DNA of 64,000 nt, from positions 8,552 through 72,551 of the forward strand of contig DASVUX010000003.1 in NCBI GenBank assembly GCA_036386835.1. The letters are read 5' to 3'. Below, piece after piece: positions 18,840 to 28,132 of this stretch. Each line of letters begins with the position of its first letter. The stretch's first letter is position 1. The notes under the pieces were generated by a model. It made no database searches. It was not told where the DNA came from and saw only the letters and a program-made list of their open reading frames with translations. The DNA is from Bacteroidia bacterium (lineage in GTDB: Bacteria; Bacteroidota; Bacteroidia; 2-12-FULL-35-15). A program made the translations under genes and the position numbers.

Positions 18840-20420
18840 CTACCTCATCACTTTCAGCAATGTAGTCGCGATCACATTCCCGCCATCAGCCTGTACGCGG
18901 ACAAGATAAGAGCCTGCAGCAAGCCCGTTGGTCTCAAGGTAAATGGAAGGATCCTGACCGTTGAACATTTGAGCGGTGACAGTTTTGATCACATTCCCCG
19001 TGATATCGGAAATATCAATGGTAAGAAAACGCGGTGCCCTAAGGTGCAATTGCAAAGTTGCATTTCCTGAAGTGGGATTCGGGAAGATCTTCATTTGTAC
19101 ATCCTCGTTCACCATTTCCTGCAGGCTTGTGAAATTTGTCAGCGGGGATTTATTAACGAAGATCTCTGTATTCCCGGCACGCAGGTCGCACCAGTTGCTG
19201 TACAGATAATTACCATCCAGGCACACTCCTATAAAATCATTTCCCCGCTGGATATTAATGAAAGGTGAAGCTGTGGAGCTTAGATTCTGGTCGGGGCTGA
19301 AAGTACTTCCGCCATCGGTTGAGACGCCCGCATAAATCTCGAAAGGGGATGATGAGGTACCGCCGGTATTGCGCCTGTCGCGCCATGCAACCGCATACTC
19401 ACCGGTTTCCGAAAAACCCGCCCAGCACATGTCTTGACCGGCACCGTTTGAAAGCGCATCTTTATTGACTCTTACTGGCGTAGTGTTCCATGTGCTGCCT
19501 CCGTTATTCGAATGCAGGCTGAGAATATCAGGATCACCGTTCCGCTGGTCGGTGAACGTGTAAATAAGATTATTCGCATTTACCGGGTTAGCGCTCAGGA
19601 CATAACTTCCCTGGTAAAGTGTATCCGTTAAGGGTGATCCGGCCGCAGCATACGCAATCAGCTTCGGAGTGAAGGTGTTTCCACCATCAGTGGATTTGAC
19701 ACAGATCGACCTTGGAAAAGGGTTTTGTGGAGGATTATAAGATATATAAGCAATATACAGGTTTCCATCAGCGCCAACAGTCGGAACTCCCATTGCATTC
19801 GGAATAAGGTTTATGGGAATGCTGTCGTCCACAAGCTTGATCGGGCTCCAGCTGCTGCCACCGTCAATGGAGGATTTCATCCAGATATGATGCGGCATTG
19901 CACCGATATCAATACTCTTGCTGACAACATACAGCTTGCCGTCATAAATGCCACCGCTGTTATCCACCGCGATCCAGGGGCGATCAATCGGCATGTCAGG
20001 GGTTTCGTTCATCGATGTGACTTTAACGGGCGTTGTCCAGTTCTGTCCTCCGTTCATGGACTTGGTGACCATCACATAACCGGAATCTTTGGAAGGCGCA
20101 TAATCAATGTATGTCATGTAAGCTGCACCTGATGAATGAAAAGCGATGGCAGGATCCGCCATGGTGAACTGCGGATGCAAATGCGGAATATTGGAAGGAG
20201 CGCTCCAGCTTGCACCTGCATCAGTGGAATAACTCACACCTATGCTTAAACCAAAACCGGACTGTCTCATCCATGCCGCGACCAAGTTGTTGGAATTGGT
20301 TGGATTAACGGCAATGTATGGTTCAGTATCCCAACCGGTGGCGGATGAGAGATTGATGTTGGTTTGCGCTAAAACTCCACAGCATACATTTACAAAAAAC
20401 AGTATTAAAATCTTCTTCAT
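18840..20420 (-). CDS. BNR/Asp-box repeat (sialidase-like beta-propeller) protein with T9SS C-terminal sorting domain
   Basis: At least six SxDxGxTW/F motifs (YSTDAGASW, SMNGGQNW, SIDGGSSW, STDGGNTF, SNNGGSTW, STDGGSTF). Signal peptide. C-terminal KIFPNPTSGNATLQL...GSYLVRVQ CTD. Confidence 0.75.
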   Translation of the reverse strand: MKKILILFFVNVCCGVLAQTNINLSSATGWDTEPYIAVNPTNSNNLVAAWMRQSGFGLSIGVSYSTDAGASWSAPSNIPHLHPQFTMADPAIAFHSSGAAYMTYIDYAPSKDSGYVMVTKSMNGGQNWTTPVKVTSMNETPDMPIDRPWIAVDNSGGIYDGKLYVVSKSIDIGAMPHHIWMKSSIDGGSSWSPIKLVDDSIPINLIPNAMGVPTVGADGNLYIAYISYNPPQNPFPRSICVKSTDGGNTFTPKLIAYAAAGSPLTDTLYQGSYVLSANPVNANNLIYTFTDQRNGDPDILSLHSNNGGSTWNTTPVRVNKDALSNGAGQDMCWAGFSETGEYAVAWRDRRNTGGTSSSPFEIYAGVSTDGGSTFSPDQNLSSTASPFINIQRGNDFIGVCLDGNYLYSNWCDLRAGNTEIFVNKSPLTNFTSLQEMVNEDVQMKIFPNPTSGNATLQLHLRAPRFLTIDISDITGNVIKTVTAQMFNGQDPSIYLETNGLAAGSYLVRVQADGGNVIATTLLKVMR

Positions 20421-20435
20421 CGTGAAAATTAATTT

Positions 20436-20468
20436 AATAAAACGCTTCCGCCCCTTAACGGGGCGGGA
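20436..20468 (-). terminator. Rho-independent terminator downstream of the PorP/SprF gene
   Basis: ccgcccc-ttaac-ggggcgg hairpin followed by gttttatt on the minus strand. Confidence 0.45.
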
Positions 20469-20481
20469 GTATTAGTAAAAA

Positions 20482-21855
20482 CTATTCCAGCTTCTGCAGC
20501 CAGACATCCGGATATTCATTCTTGTATTTCTGCTGTTCTGCTTCTCCTGTTTTCTGATCGTCTGTCTTCATCACATACACATAATACACTTTTGTTTTGT
20601 GGTTCTGGATCACAGAAGTGGACCTGTACCCTTTAATGATATTGGCTTCCTTGAATTTATTTGCGTTATCCTTGCTGCTGAAAGATCCGATCACAATATA
20701 ATACCCGGAATTCATGCTCATTCCGTTCTCATCCACGAAATCGTTGCTCAGGCCTGTACGCATTAAATTCTCTGTAAGATTTTCGCTGTTTCCGCTGCCC
20801 CCTCCATTTTTCATTTTCTGGAGCTCTGCTTTTAAACGCTCCATCTGTGCCTGGTTCGTATCTGCCTGCGCTTTCAGTTTTGCCAGCATCTGATCCGTCA
20901 GCGAATCTTTCGACTCTGTCCTTGTAACAACGGGAACCGGCTCTTCTGCGCGCCTGCCGCCTCCACCGAATGTATAGCTCAATAAAAATTCGGAAGATGC
21001 GCCTGTATATTTCGATACTTTACCAATGCCGAAATCATAGGCATAACCAACACTGAGGTTCTTATAGCGAACACCGATGCTTGCCGCAACAGCATAATCA
21101 CTGTGGTACGTAACCCCTACCCAGCCCATCTTTTTCCAGTCGAGCACCGCATTGATATCATACTGGAAGGGAACGCCTTTGGCACCACTCACGAAGATCA
21201 GAGGATAAGCTGTGATCTCTTTTTCCTTCACCACATCAAATACATACTTCACCGATCCCTGGAAGGTACGCGCAAGGTTGTAATAACTGTTCTCGCCAAG
21301 GTTGTTCTTGTATTTGATCTTGTTGCCCAATACCTGCGGAATTGCAAAGCCGACCTGCAGCTGCTTCCAAGTATAGCCCATGCCGAAATCAGCGCTGAAT
21401 ACTGTCCTGCTCTGGCGCTCATTTGAAAGGAAGGGATCATCAGTATCACGCACAACCGCTTTGGAGAAATCAATGCTGTTATTCAGCACCCCCAGCGCAA
21501 GCCCGAAGAATACATCCTGGTCATCGTTGATCTTCAGCTTGTAAGAATAATTTCCGGAGGCACCCATCCTGGATGTGATGTCGGTAACATCCGAATACAA
21601 CTTCAAACCAAGACCGATGTTCTTCGCTTCAATAGGGCCATCAAGCGTAAGATAGCTTGTCTGCGGACCGCCTTTTACGCCAACCCATTGTGAACGGTGG
21701 GTGATGAACGCACGTGTATGCTCATCGGTTGTTCCCGTGAAAGCGGGATTTGTAACAAACATATTGGTATAATACTGGCTGCTGAACGGTAACTGCTGTG
21801 CGAAGGCCGAAGCTGTAACAAGAAGTAAAGCTGCTGAGATATTTAGTTTCCTCAT
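20482..21855 (-). CDS. PorP/SprF family T9SS outer-membrane protein fused to a C-terminal SPOR domain
   Basis: N-terminal ~300 aa match PorP/SprF (QYYTNMFVTNPAFTG...RSQWVGVKGGPQT). A coiled-coil linker follows. The C-terminus YYIVIGSFSSKDNANKFKEANIIKGY...VYYVYV looks like a SPOR fold. Start at internal ATG (MRKLNISAALLL signal). Confidence 0.8.
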   Translation of the reverse strand: MRKLNISAALLLVTASAFAQQLPFSSQYYTNMFVTNPAFTGTTDEHTRAFITHRSQWVGVKGGPQTSYLTLDGPIEAKNIGLGLKLYSDVTDITSRMGASGNYSYKLKINDDQDVFFGLALGVLNNSIDFSKAVVRDTDDPFLSNERQSRTVFSADFGMGYTWKQLQVGFAIPQVLGNKIKYKNNLGENSYYNLARTFQGSVKYVFDVVKEKEITAYPLIFVSGAKGVPFQYDINAVLDWKKMGWVGVTYHSDYAVAASIGVRYKNLSVGYAYDFGIGKVSKYTGASSEFLLSYTFGGGGRRAEEPVPVVTRTESKDSLTDQMLAKLKAQADTNQAQMERLKAELQKMKNGGGSGNSENLTENLMRTGLSNDFVDENGMSMNSGYYIVIGSFSSKDNANKFKEANIIKGYRSTSVIQNHKTKVYYVYVMKTDDQKTGEAEQQKYKNEYPDVWLQKLE

Positions 21856-21893
21856 AGGATGTTGTTTTGCTGAATTTGTGATTGCTGCTCCCA

Positions 21894-24800
21894 TTATTTC
21901 TCCCCCTGTCTTAATACGGTGATCGCTCCCTTGTAAACCTTATCGGTGCCTTCCATCTCCACGAAATAATAATACGTTCCATCGGCTACCATATTGCCGT
22001 AGCTTTCCGATCCTGACTGCACCCTGCCGTCCCAGTTGTTATCATAGGCCTCTGATTTATAAACCACCTTTCCGCTCCTGTTCACTATGGTAAGCCGCGT
22101 ATTCGGGTAATTCTCCAGGTTCTGGATGATGAAACGGTCATTGTAGCCATCGTCATTCGGTGTCATCACATTTGATACTGTTAATTCAAAATCAACCAGC
22201 ACGGTAACCACCACTGAATCTTTGTCGGTACAGCCGTTCACATCTGTTCCAACCAGGAGATAAGTTGTAGTTGCAAGCGGGCTTGCCATCGGGTTTGGAA
22301 CAGAAACGCTGTTAAGACCGGTGTAAGGGCTCCACAGCCAGCTGATCACCCCGGCACCCATTCCGTTCAGTGTTATTGAGCTTCCCAGGCTTACGGTTGT
22401 ATCATTCCCTGCGAACACTACCGGTCCCGGAATTACCGTGATCACTTCCATGTTGTTCGTGGAGCAGCCGTTAACTGAATCTGTCACGATCACTACATAA
22501 GTTCCCGAAGTTGTTACAGTGATACTTTGTGTAGTATCGGAAGTGCTCCACATATAATCATAAGTACCTGTCGCGGCAGAAAGCACAACACTGTCACCCG
22601 AGCAGAAAGTAAGCGGTCCGCTTGCCGTGATCTCATTTGACGGCACTGCATTCACGATCACAGTGATCATGGCTGTATCCGCACAGCCCATGTTCGAAGT
22701 CGTCAAAAGGCTTGCATTATATGATCCGGCAGCAGCATAAAGATGCACGGGATTTACTGCAAGCGAATTGTTCCCGTCACCGAAATCCCACTGGTGAAAC
22801 TGGATCGATCCGGAAGGAATTGTTGAACCGTTCATGAAAGTCGTTACAGTTCCAAAACAGACAGTATCGGCAGCACCCATTGCCATTGGCTTAGGATAAA
22901 CAATTACGGTTGCCGCGGCAGAAGTATCAGCTGAGCAGATACCGCTTTGTACAATTACCCTGTACCAGGTTGTATCGGTTAAGTTAAGATAAGATTGGGT
23001 TGAAGTTGTGTTAGCAATCGCAGACCATGTTGCGCCTCCGTCAATTGATGATTCCCAGTTTTGAATTGCACCGACATATCCTGCAACAGTCAACGTCCCT
23101 GAATTAGCTCCTTCACAGCCTGCTCCAGCACCGCTGATCATTCCGGCAACGGAAACAGGTGTAACTGTAATCGTAACATTATTTGAAGTCACCGCATTAC
23201 AGATCCCGCTCTTTACAATAGCATGATACATTGTTGTAATGTTCAGGTTATTATAGATAAGTGAATCGGATGTACTTGAAAGTGGTGTCCAGTTGAATCC
23301 GCCATCCGTTGAAACTTCCCAGCCCTGGATCATCCCGGTGTATCCTGTTAAATGCAGCACACCATTATTCACGCCTGCGCAAACGGTATCGTTCATTGCA
23401 AGCGTTCCCGGGTTTGTGGGAGGATTCACATTGATTACAGCTGTTAATGATGTATCATTTCCGCAAAGGCCGCCGGAGATGATCACACGGTACCAGGTAG
23501 TATCCTGGAGATTGCTATATGAATGTGATGCTGATGTATTGCTGATCACCGACCATGTGGTCCCACCATCAGTTGAAGATTCCCATTGCATCACGGGACC
23601 GGACGAACCTGAAAGTGTCAGCATACCGCTGTTGATCGTATCACAAACCGTAGCCGAACCGTTCAGGGTCCCTCCGATGGCAACCTGATCAACCGTTATG
23701 GTCACCGCGTTTGAAGTCACTGCATTGCAGGTCCCGCTCTTTACAATAGCATGATACATTGTTGTAATGTTCAGGTTATTATAGACAAGTGAATCGGATG
23801 TACTTGAAAGTGGTGTCCAGTTGAATCCGCCATCCGTTGAAACTTCCCATCCCTGGATCATCCCGGTGTATCCTGTTAAATGCAGTACACCGTTATTTGC
23901 GCCTGCGCAAACGGTATCGTTCATTGCAAGCGTTCCTGGGTTTGTAGGAGGATTAACATTGATTACAGCTGTTGATGATGTATCATTTCCGCAAAGGCCG
24001 CTGGAGATAATCACACGGTACCAGGTGGTATCCTGGAGATTGGTATAGGAATGTGATGTTGATGTATTGCTGATCACTGACCATGTGAGGCCCCCATCCG
24101 TTGAAGATTCCCATTGCATCACGGGACCGGATGAGCCTGAAAGTGTCAACGTACCGCTGTTGATCGTGTCACAAACCGTAGTTGAGCCGTTCAGGGTCCC
24201 TCCTTCAGCGACAGGATCAACCGTGATGGTAACGATATTCGAAGTTGCTGCATTACACACCCCGCTTTTTACAAGAACCCTGTAAGAAGTAGTTTGTGAT
24301 AAATTAGAATACGGCTGTGAAGCCGTAGTGTTTGACAGGTTGATCCACGTTAAACCGCCATCGGTGGATGATTCCCAGTGCTGGATCGCCCCGGTTTGCC
24401 CGCTTAGTGTGAGTACCCCGGCATTGCTACCTGCACAAACCGTATCATCCGCTGAAAGAGTCCCGCCAGCAGTTGGAGGATCTATGGTAATTGTTGCAAC
24501 GGAAGATGTGTCCATTGCACAAACCCCGCTTTGAACGATCACGCGGAAAGCAGTGGTTACAGGGAGGTTCAGGTAATTCTCCGAAGCTGTTGTGTTTGCC
24601 GTTGCAGTCCATGTCGCACCGCCATCCGTTGATGATTCCCAGTTAAGTATTGTCCCGACATAATTGATCAGGTCCAGTGTACCGCTGTTCATTCCTCCGC
24701 AGGCTGTAGTACCTCCATTCAAAGTACCGCCTGCAGAAACCGGGTCAACGGTAAGTATGGCGGCCGCAGAATTCTGACTCGGGCATGAACCGTTTTTTAC

Positions 24801-26714
24801 CACAGCCCTGAACTGGGTAGTTAAAGTTAAGTTGGTATAGGTATAGGATGTTGCAGTGTTTGCGATGGCAACCCAGTTGATCCCACCGTCAATTGAATAT
24901 TCCCAGCGGACCACATTTCCTGTTTCTCCGGTAAGGTTCAATGTTCCCGTATTATTTCCGTAACAGATATTGCCGCTGGCGGTTACGGTCCCACCGACAG
25001 TCGGTGTGGTTACTGTAATCGTATCGATTGTGGATGTATCGGCCGGGCAAACACCGCTGGCTACTATAGCACGGTAGTAAGTTGTTGCAGCAAGATTTGT
25101 GTATGACTGTGAGGTTGTAGTATTTGTGATCGCATTCCAGGTGATGCCGTCACCCGATGATTCCCATCGCGTAATCGTACCTGTGTGACCGCTTAAAGTG
25201 ATTGTCCCGCTGTTGGCGCCACTGCAGACAGTATCATTGCTTGCGGTTGTTCCTCCGGCAGAAACCGGGCTGACAGTTATTGCTGCAACAGTAGAGTTTG
25301 AAGAAGCGCAGGTACCATTCTTCACATTTACCCTGTAAACGGTAGTCGCAGTTAAATTGAAATAACTTAATGTATCAGTTGTATTCGGGATATTGACATA
25401 AGTAGCCCCGCCATCAGTTGATGACTCCCAGTACTGTATGGTTCCGGTATAACCGCTTAGTGTCAGCACAGCCGTATTACTTCCGCTGCAAACTGCAGCG
25501 CTTGACGAGAGTGTACCGCCTGCTGAAAGCGGTGTGACTACAATTGAATCAGCGGTGGAATATGCAGCGGCACAGGCACCGCTTTTAACCAGCGCCCTGT
25601 AATAACGCGTAGCTGTTAAATTTGTATAAGTCTGTGTTGTGGTGGTATTGGTAATATTCGTCCATGTGCTTCCTCCATTCGTGGAAAACTCCCATCTTGT
25701 GATCGCACCGGTATGTCCCCCTAAAGTAAGTGTTCCGCTGTTGGTTCCGCTGCATACTGTTGTGCCCCCGGTAACATTCCCTCCAACTGTAGCCGGACTC
25801 ACTGTAATAATCCCCACGGAAGAAAACACAGGCGCACAGGCACCGCTTTGAACCTGCACACGGTAACGGGTTGTTGTGGTAAGGTTTGTATAAGACTGCG
25901 TTGCCGTAACATTGGCGATATCGGTCCATGTTGCACCGCCATCCGTTGAGAACTGCCATTTTAAAATATTCCCGGTCCTGCCGGCCGAAGTAAGGTTCCC
26001 GCTGTTTGTACCCGAACAAACTGTAGCAGCCCCGTTGATCGTCCCTCCAACCGAAACCGGATCGATGGTCATTGTGGCAATGGATGATGTTGCCGGGGCG
26101 CAGGCGCCATTCTGAACCTGTGCGCGGTACTGTGTCTGAACGGTAAGATTATTATAACTCTGGGATGTAGTGGTATTGGAAATACTGATCCATGTTGAAC
26201 CGCCATCGACCGAATATTCCCAGTTTGTAACAGAGCCTGTATGCCCGCTTAATGTAAGTGTTCCTGAATTAGTCCCGTTACATACGTTTGTACCTCCGCT
26301 TACTGTCCCCCCAGCAGACGGAGCTGTGGACGTAACCATATATCCCGTAGTTGCGTTATTGGTATTATTAATATCGGTCACTAAAGAAGAATATGCAGTG
26401 AACGTGTAATTACCGGCAGCAGAAAGGTTGGCTGGCGTGGTGAATGTATAAGAAGCCGTGGTATTGGGTGCAAATGAAGGGAAACTCACCAATGGATCGG
26501 TCACAGCGGCACCTGCATTTATAGTATAAGAAAGATCGAATGGCACACCGCTCAGATCGGTGAGCCCGACATTCTTAACTGAAATTGTCACAGCAGAAGC
26601 AGAACTTAATGAGCATCCCGAAAGGGGAGCCGTTATCGCTATAACACTGACATCCTGGGCAGCTGCAATTTTACCAATAAGAATAAGGGAAAAGAGCGTA
26701 AAGATTTTTCTCAT
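21894..26714 (-). CDS. Giant repetitive cell-surface adhesin with PKD domain and T9SS type-B (gliding-motility-associated) C-terminal domain
   Basis: 1606 aa. About 13 copies of an ~88-aa repeat (GGT..G..VC.G.NSGTLTLSG.TG....WE.STDGG.TW..I.NT....SY.NL...T.YR..V.SG.C). PKD-like segment (GDGNNSLAVNPVHLY). C-terminus TPNDDGYNDRFII...GTYYYFVE...GAITVLRQ = type-B CTD. Signal peptide at internal ATG. Confidence 0.85.
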   Translation of the reverse strand: MRKIFTLFSLILIGKIAAAQDVSVIAITAPLSGCSLSSASAVTISVKNVGLTDLSGVPFDLSYTINAGAAVTDPLVSFPSFAPNTTASYTFTTPANLSAAGNYTFTAYSSLVTDINNTNNATTGYMVTSTAPSAGGTVSGGTNVCNGTNSGTLTLSGHTGSVTNWEYSVDGGSTWISISNTTTSQSYNNLTVQTQYRAQVQNGACAPATSSIATMTIDPVSVGGTINGAATVCSGTNSGNLTSAGRTGNILKWQFSTDGGATWTDIANVTATQSYTNLTTTTRYRVQVQSGACAPVFSSVGIITVSPATVGGNVTGGTTVCSGTNSGTLTLGGHTGAITRWEFSTNGGSTWTNITNTTTTQTYTNLTATRYYRALVKSGACAAAYSTADSIVVTPLSAGGTLSSSAAVCSGSNTAVLTLSGYTGTIQYWESSTDGGATYVNIPNTTDTLSYFNLTATTVYRVNVKNGTCASSNSTVAAITVSPVSAGGTTASNDTVCSGANSGTITLSGHTGTITRWESSGDGITWNAITNTTTSQSYTNLAATTYYRAIVASGVCPADTSTIDTITVTTPTVGGTVTASGNICYGNNTGTLNLTGETGNVVRWEYSIDGGINWVAIANTATSYTYTNLTLTTQFRAVVKNGSCPSQNSAAAILTVDPVSAGGTLNGGTTACGGMNSGTLDLINYVGTILNWESSTDGGATWTATANTTASENYLNLPVTTAFRVIVQSGVCAMDTSSVATITIDPPTAGGTLSADDTVCAGSNAGVLTLSGQTGAIQHWESSTDGGLTWINLSNTTASQPYSNLSQTTSYRVLVKSGVCNAATSNIVTITVDPVAEGGTLNGSTTVCDTINSGTLTLSGSSGPVMQWESSTDGGLTWSVISNTSTSHSYTNLQDTTWYRVIISSGLCGNDTSSTAVINVNPPTNPGTLAMNDTVCAGANNGVLHLTGYTGMIQGWEVSTDGGFNWTPLSSTSDSLVYNNLNITTMYHAIVKSGTCNAVTSNAVTITVDQVAIGGTLNGSATVCDTINSGMLTLSGSSGPVMQWESSTDGGTTWSVISNTSASHSYSNLQDTTWYRVIISGGLCGNDTSLTAVINVNPPTNPGTLAMNDTVCAGVNNGVLHLTGYTGMIQGWEVSTDGGFNWTPLSSTSDSLIYNNLNITTMYHAIVKSGICNAVTSNNVTITVTPVSVAGMISGAGAGCEGANSGTLTVAGYVGAIQNWESSIDGGATWSAIANTTSTQSYLNLTDTTWYRVIVQSGICSADTSAAATVIVYPKPMAMGAADTVCFGTVTTFMNGSTIPSGSIQFHQWDFGDGNNSLAVNPVHLYAAAGSYNASLLTTSNMGCADTAMITVIVNAVPSNEITASGPLTFCSGDSVVLSAATGTYDYMWSTSDTTQSITVTTSGTYVVIVTDSVNGCSTNNMEVITVIPGPVVFAGNDTTVSLGSSITLNGMGAGVISWLWSPYTGLNSVSVPNPMASPLATTTYLLVGTDVNGCTDKDSVVVTVLVDFELTVSNVMTPNDDGYNDRFIIQNLENYPNTRLTIVNRSGKVVYKSEAYDNNWDGRVQSGSESYGNMVADGTYYYFVEMEGTDKVYKGAITVLRQGEK

Positions 26715-26815
26715 AAAATAGATTTTAGTTTGAGTAGTGTTCTGTGAAAACACCCCGACCTTATACGAAGGCCTGTTAATTAAGTTACGTATTTAAAACA
26801 CTCATATCCACCCGA

Positions 26816-27526
26816 TTATGGCGTGCTCATAGAAACCGGGATGATCTTTCCATTCATGAAGCGCTGGCCATTAAGCCCGAATTCTGCTATAAATTCGGCC
26901 ATCGCAGCGGCAGACAAGGGTGCTTTATATCCCGGGAAGGCTTCTTCAAGCATTTCCGTTTGAGCGGCCCCCAAAGCAAGGCAGTTGAATGCTGTATTTC
27001 TTTCTTTGAATTCTTCCGCAAGGCATTCCGTTAAGCAGGCGAGCGCTGCTTTAGAAGAACTGTAAGCCGAGAGCCCGGCAAACTTTGCACTTCCCTGGTA
27101 ACCACCCATGCTTGAAATATTTACAATATGCGAACGCTCTGCTGTGTTCATGAGCGGGAGAAGGCCCTGGATCAAACCGATAACCGCAAACACATTGGTA
27201 TTGTAAACATAACTAAGGTCTTCCAGGCTTATTTCAGAAAACGGCTTGTTTACAATTGCACCTGCATTATTTATAAGCAGATCAGCAACCCCGAACCTGG
27301 CTTTTACTTCTTTCAGAAGGTTTAAAACTGCGGTCTTGTCGTTCAGGTCCAAAGCGAACGTATGTACTTCGGCCGATGGGTTCTTCATCAGGCACTGCTT
27401 TTCCAGCTCATCAAGTTTTGATGCGTTTCTTGCTGTTGCAATGATCCTGTGCCCTCCTTTTCCCGAGAAGTATTTAACGAGCTCATAGCCGATCCCCCTG
27501 CTTGCCCCGGTAACGATAATGTTCAT
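26816..27526 (-). CDS. SDR family NAD(P)-dependent oxidoreductase
   Basis: MNIIVTGASRGIGYEL Rossmann motif, NNAG, catalytic YSSSK. Confidence 0.85.
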   Translation of the reverse strand: MNIIVTGASRGIGYELVKYFSGKGGHRIIATARNASKLDELEKQCLMKNPSAEVHTFALDLNDKTAVLNLLKEVKARFGVADLLINNAGAIVNKPFSEISLEDLSYVYNTNVFAVIGLIQGLLPLMNTAERSHIVNISSMGGYQGSAKFAGLSAYSSSKAALACLTECLAEEFKERNTAFNCLALGAAQTEMLEEAFPGYKAPLSAAAMAEFIAEFGLNGQRFMNGKIIPVSMSTP

Positions 27527-27585
27527 ACCTGATATCTTAATTTTATCATTCAAAGAAAGGGATTTTTTTGTTAATTTTACAAGCA

Positions 27586-28131
27586 ATGAGAGCAAATTCA
27601 ATCATAACAATTGTTTTGACCGCATGCATGAATATATGCAGCCTATATGCGCAGGACAGTACTATGATCCGGAAGCACCCTCCCAAAGAACGCATTATCG
27701 ACCGGATGTTTACAGGCGGAAACCTTGGCGCACAATTCGGTACAGTCACATTTATCGAGGTTTCACCTTTACTCGGATACAGGATAACAGATAAGATCTC
27801 AGCGGGGATCGGAGCTACCTACCAGTACTATCGTTACAGGGACAAGCTTTATAATTTTGAAACGAATGTCTATGGAGGAAGGGTATTCGGCAGGTACCTG
27901 TTCACCGATTATCTGTTCGGCCATGCCGAATATGAGTACCTTAACCTTGAAGCTTTTGATTTCCGGAGACGCAGGGTTGATGTGGGAAGCCTGCTCGCAG
28001 GAGGTGGGTATTTTCAGAGGATTGGAAACAACTCGGGGATTATGGCAATGATCTTATACAATTTTACCGAATCTGTATACACTCCATATACCAACCCGAT
28101 CATCAGGGTCGGATTTAATATCGGCTTCTAG
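27586..28131 (+). CDS. Small outer-membrane beta-barrel protein (porin-family/OmpW-like), hypothetical
   Basis: Signal peptide, alternating amphipathic beta-strand pattern, C-terminal ...RVGFNIGF aromatic terminus. Confidence 0.5.
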   Translation: MRANSIITIVLTACMNICSLYAQDSTMIRKHPPKERIIDRMFTGGNLGAQFGTVTFIEVSPLLGYRITDKISAGIGATYQYYRYRDKLYNFETNVYGGRVFGRYLFTDYLFGHAEYEYLNLEAFDFRRRRVDVGSLLAGGGYFQRIGNNSGIMAMILYNFTESVYTPYTNPIIRVGFNIGF

Positions 28132-28132
28132 A

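Noticed and set aside
23293-26409. Series of plus-strand ORFs (e.g. 23293-23688, 23821-24048, 24067-24285, 25639-26409) antisense to the giant adhesin gene
   Set aside because: All lie entirely inside the 1606-aa minus-strand CDS. They are Pro/Val-rich low-complexity translations of the repeat's reverse complement. The near-identical pair merely mirrors the intragenic duplication.
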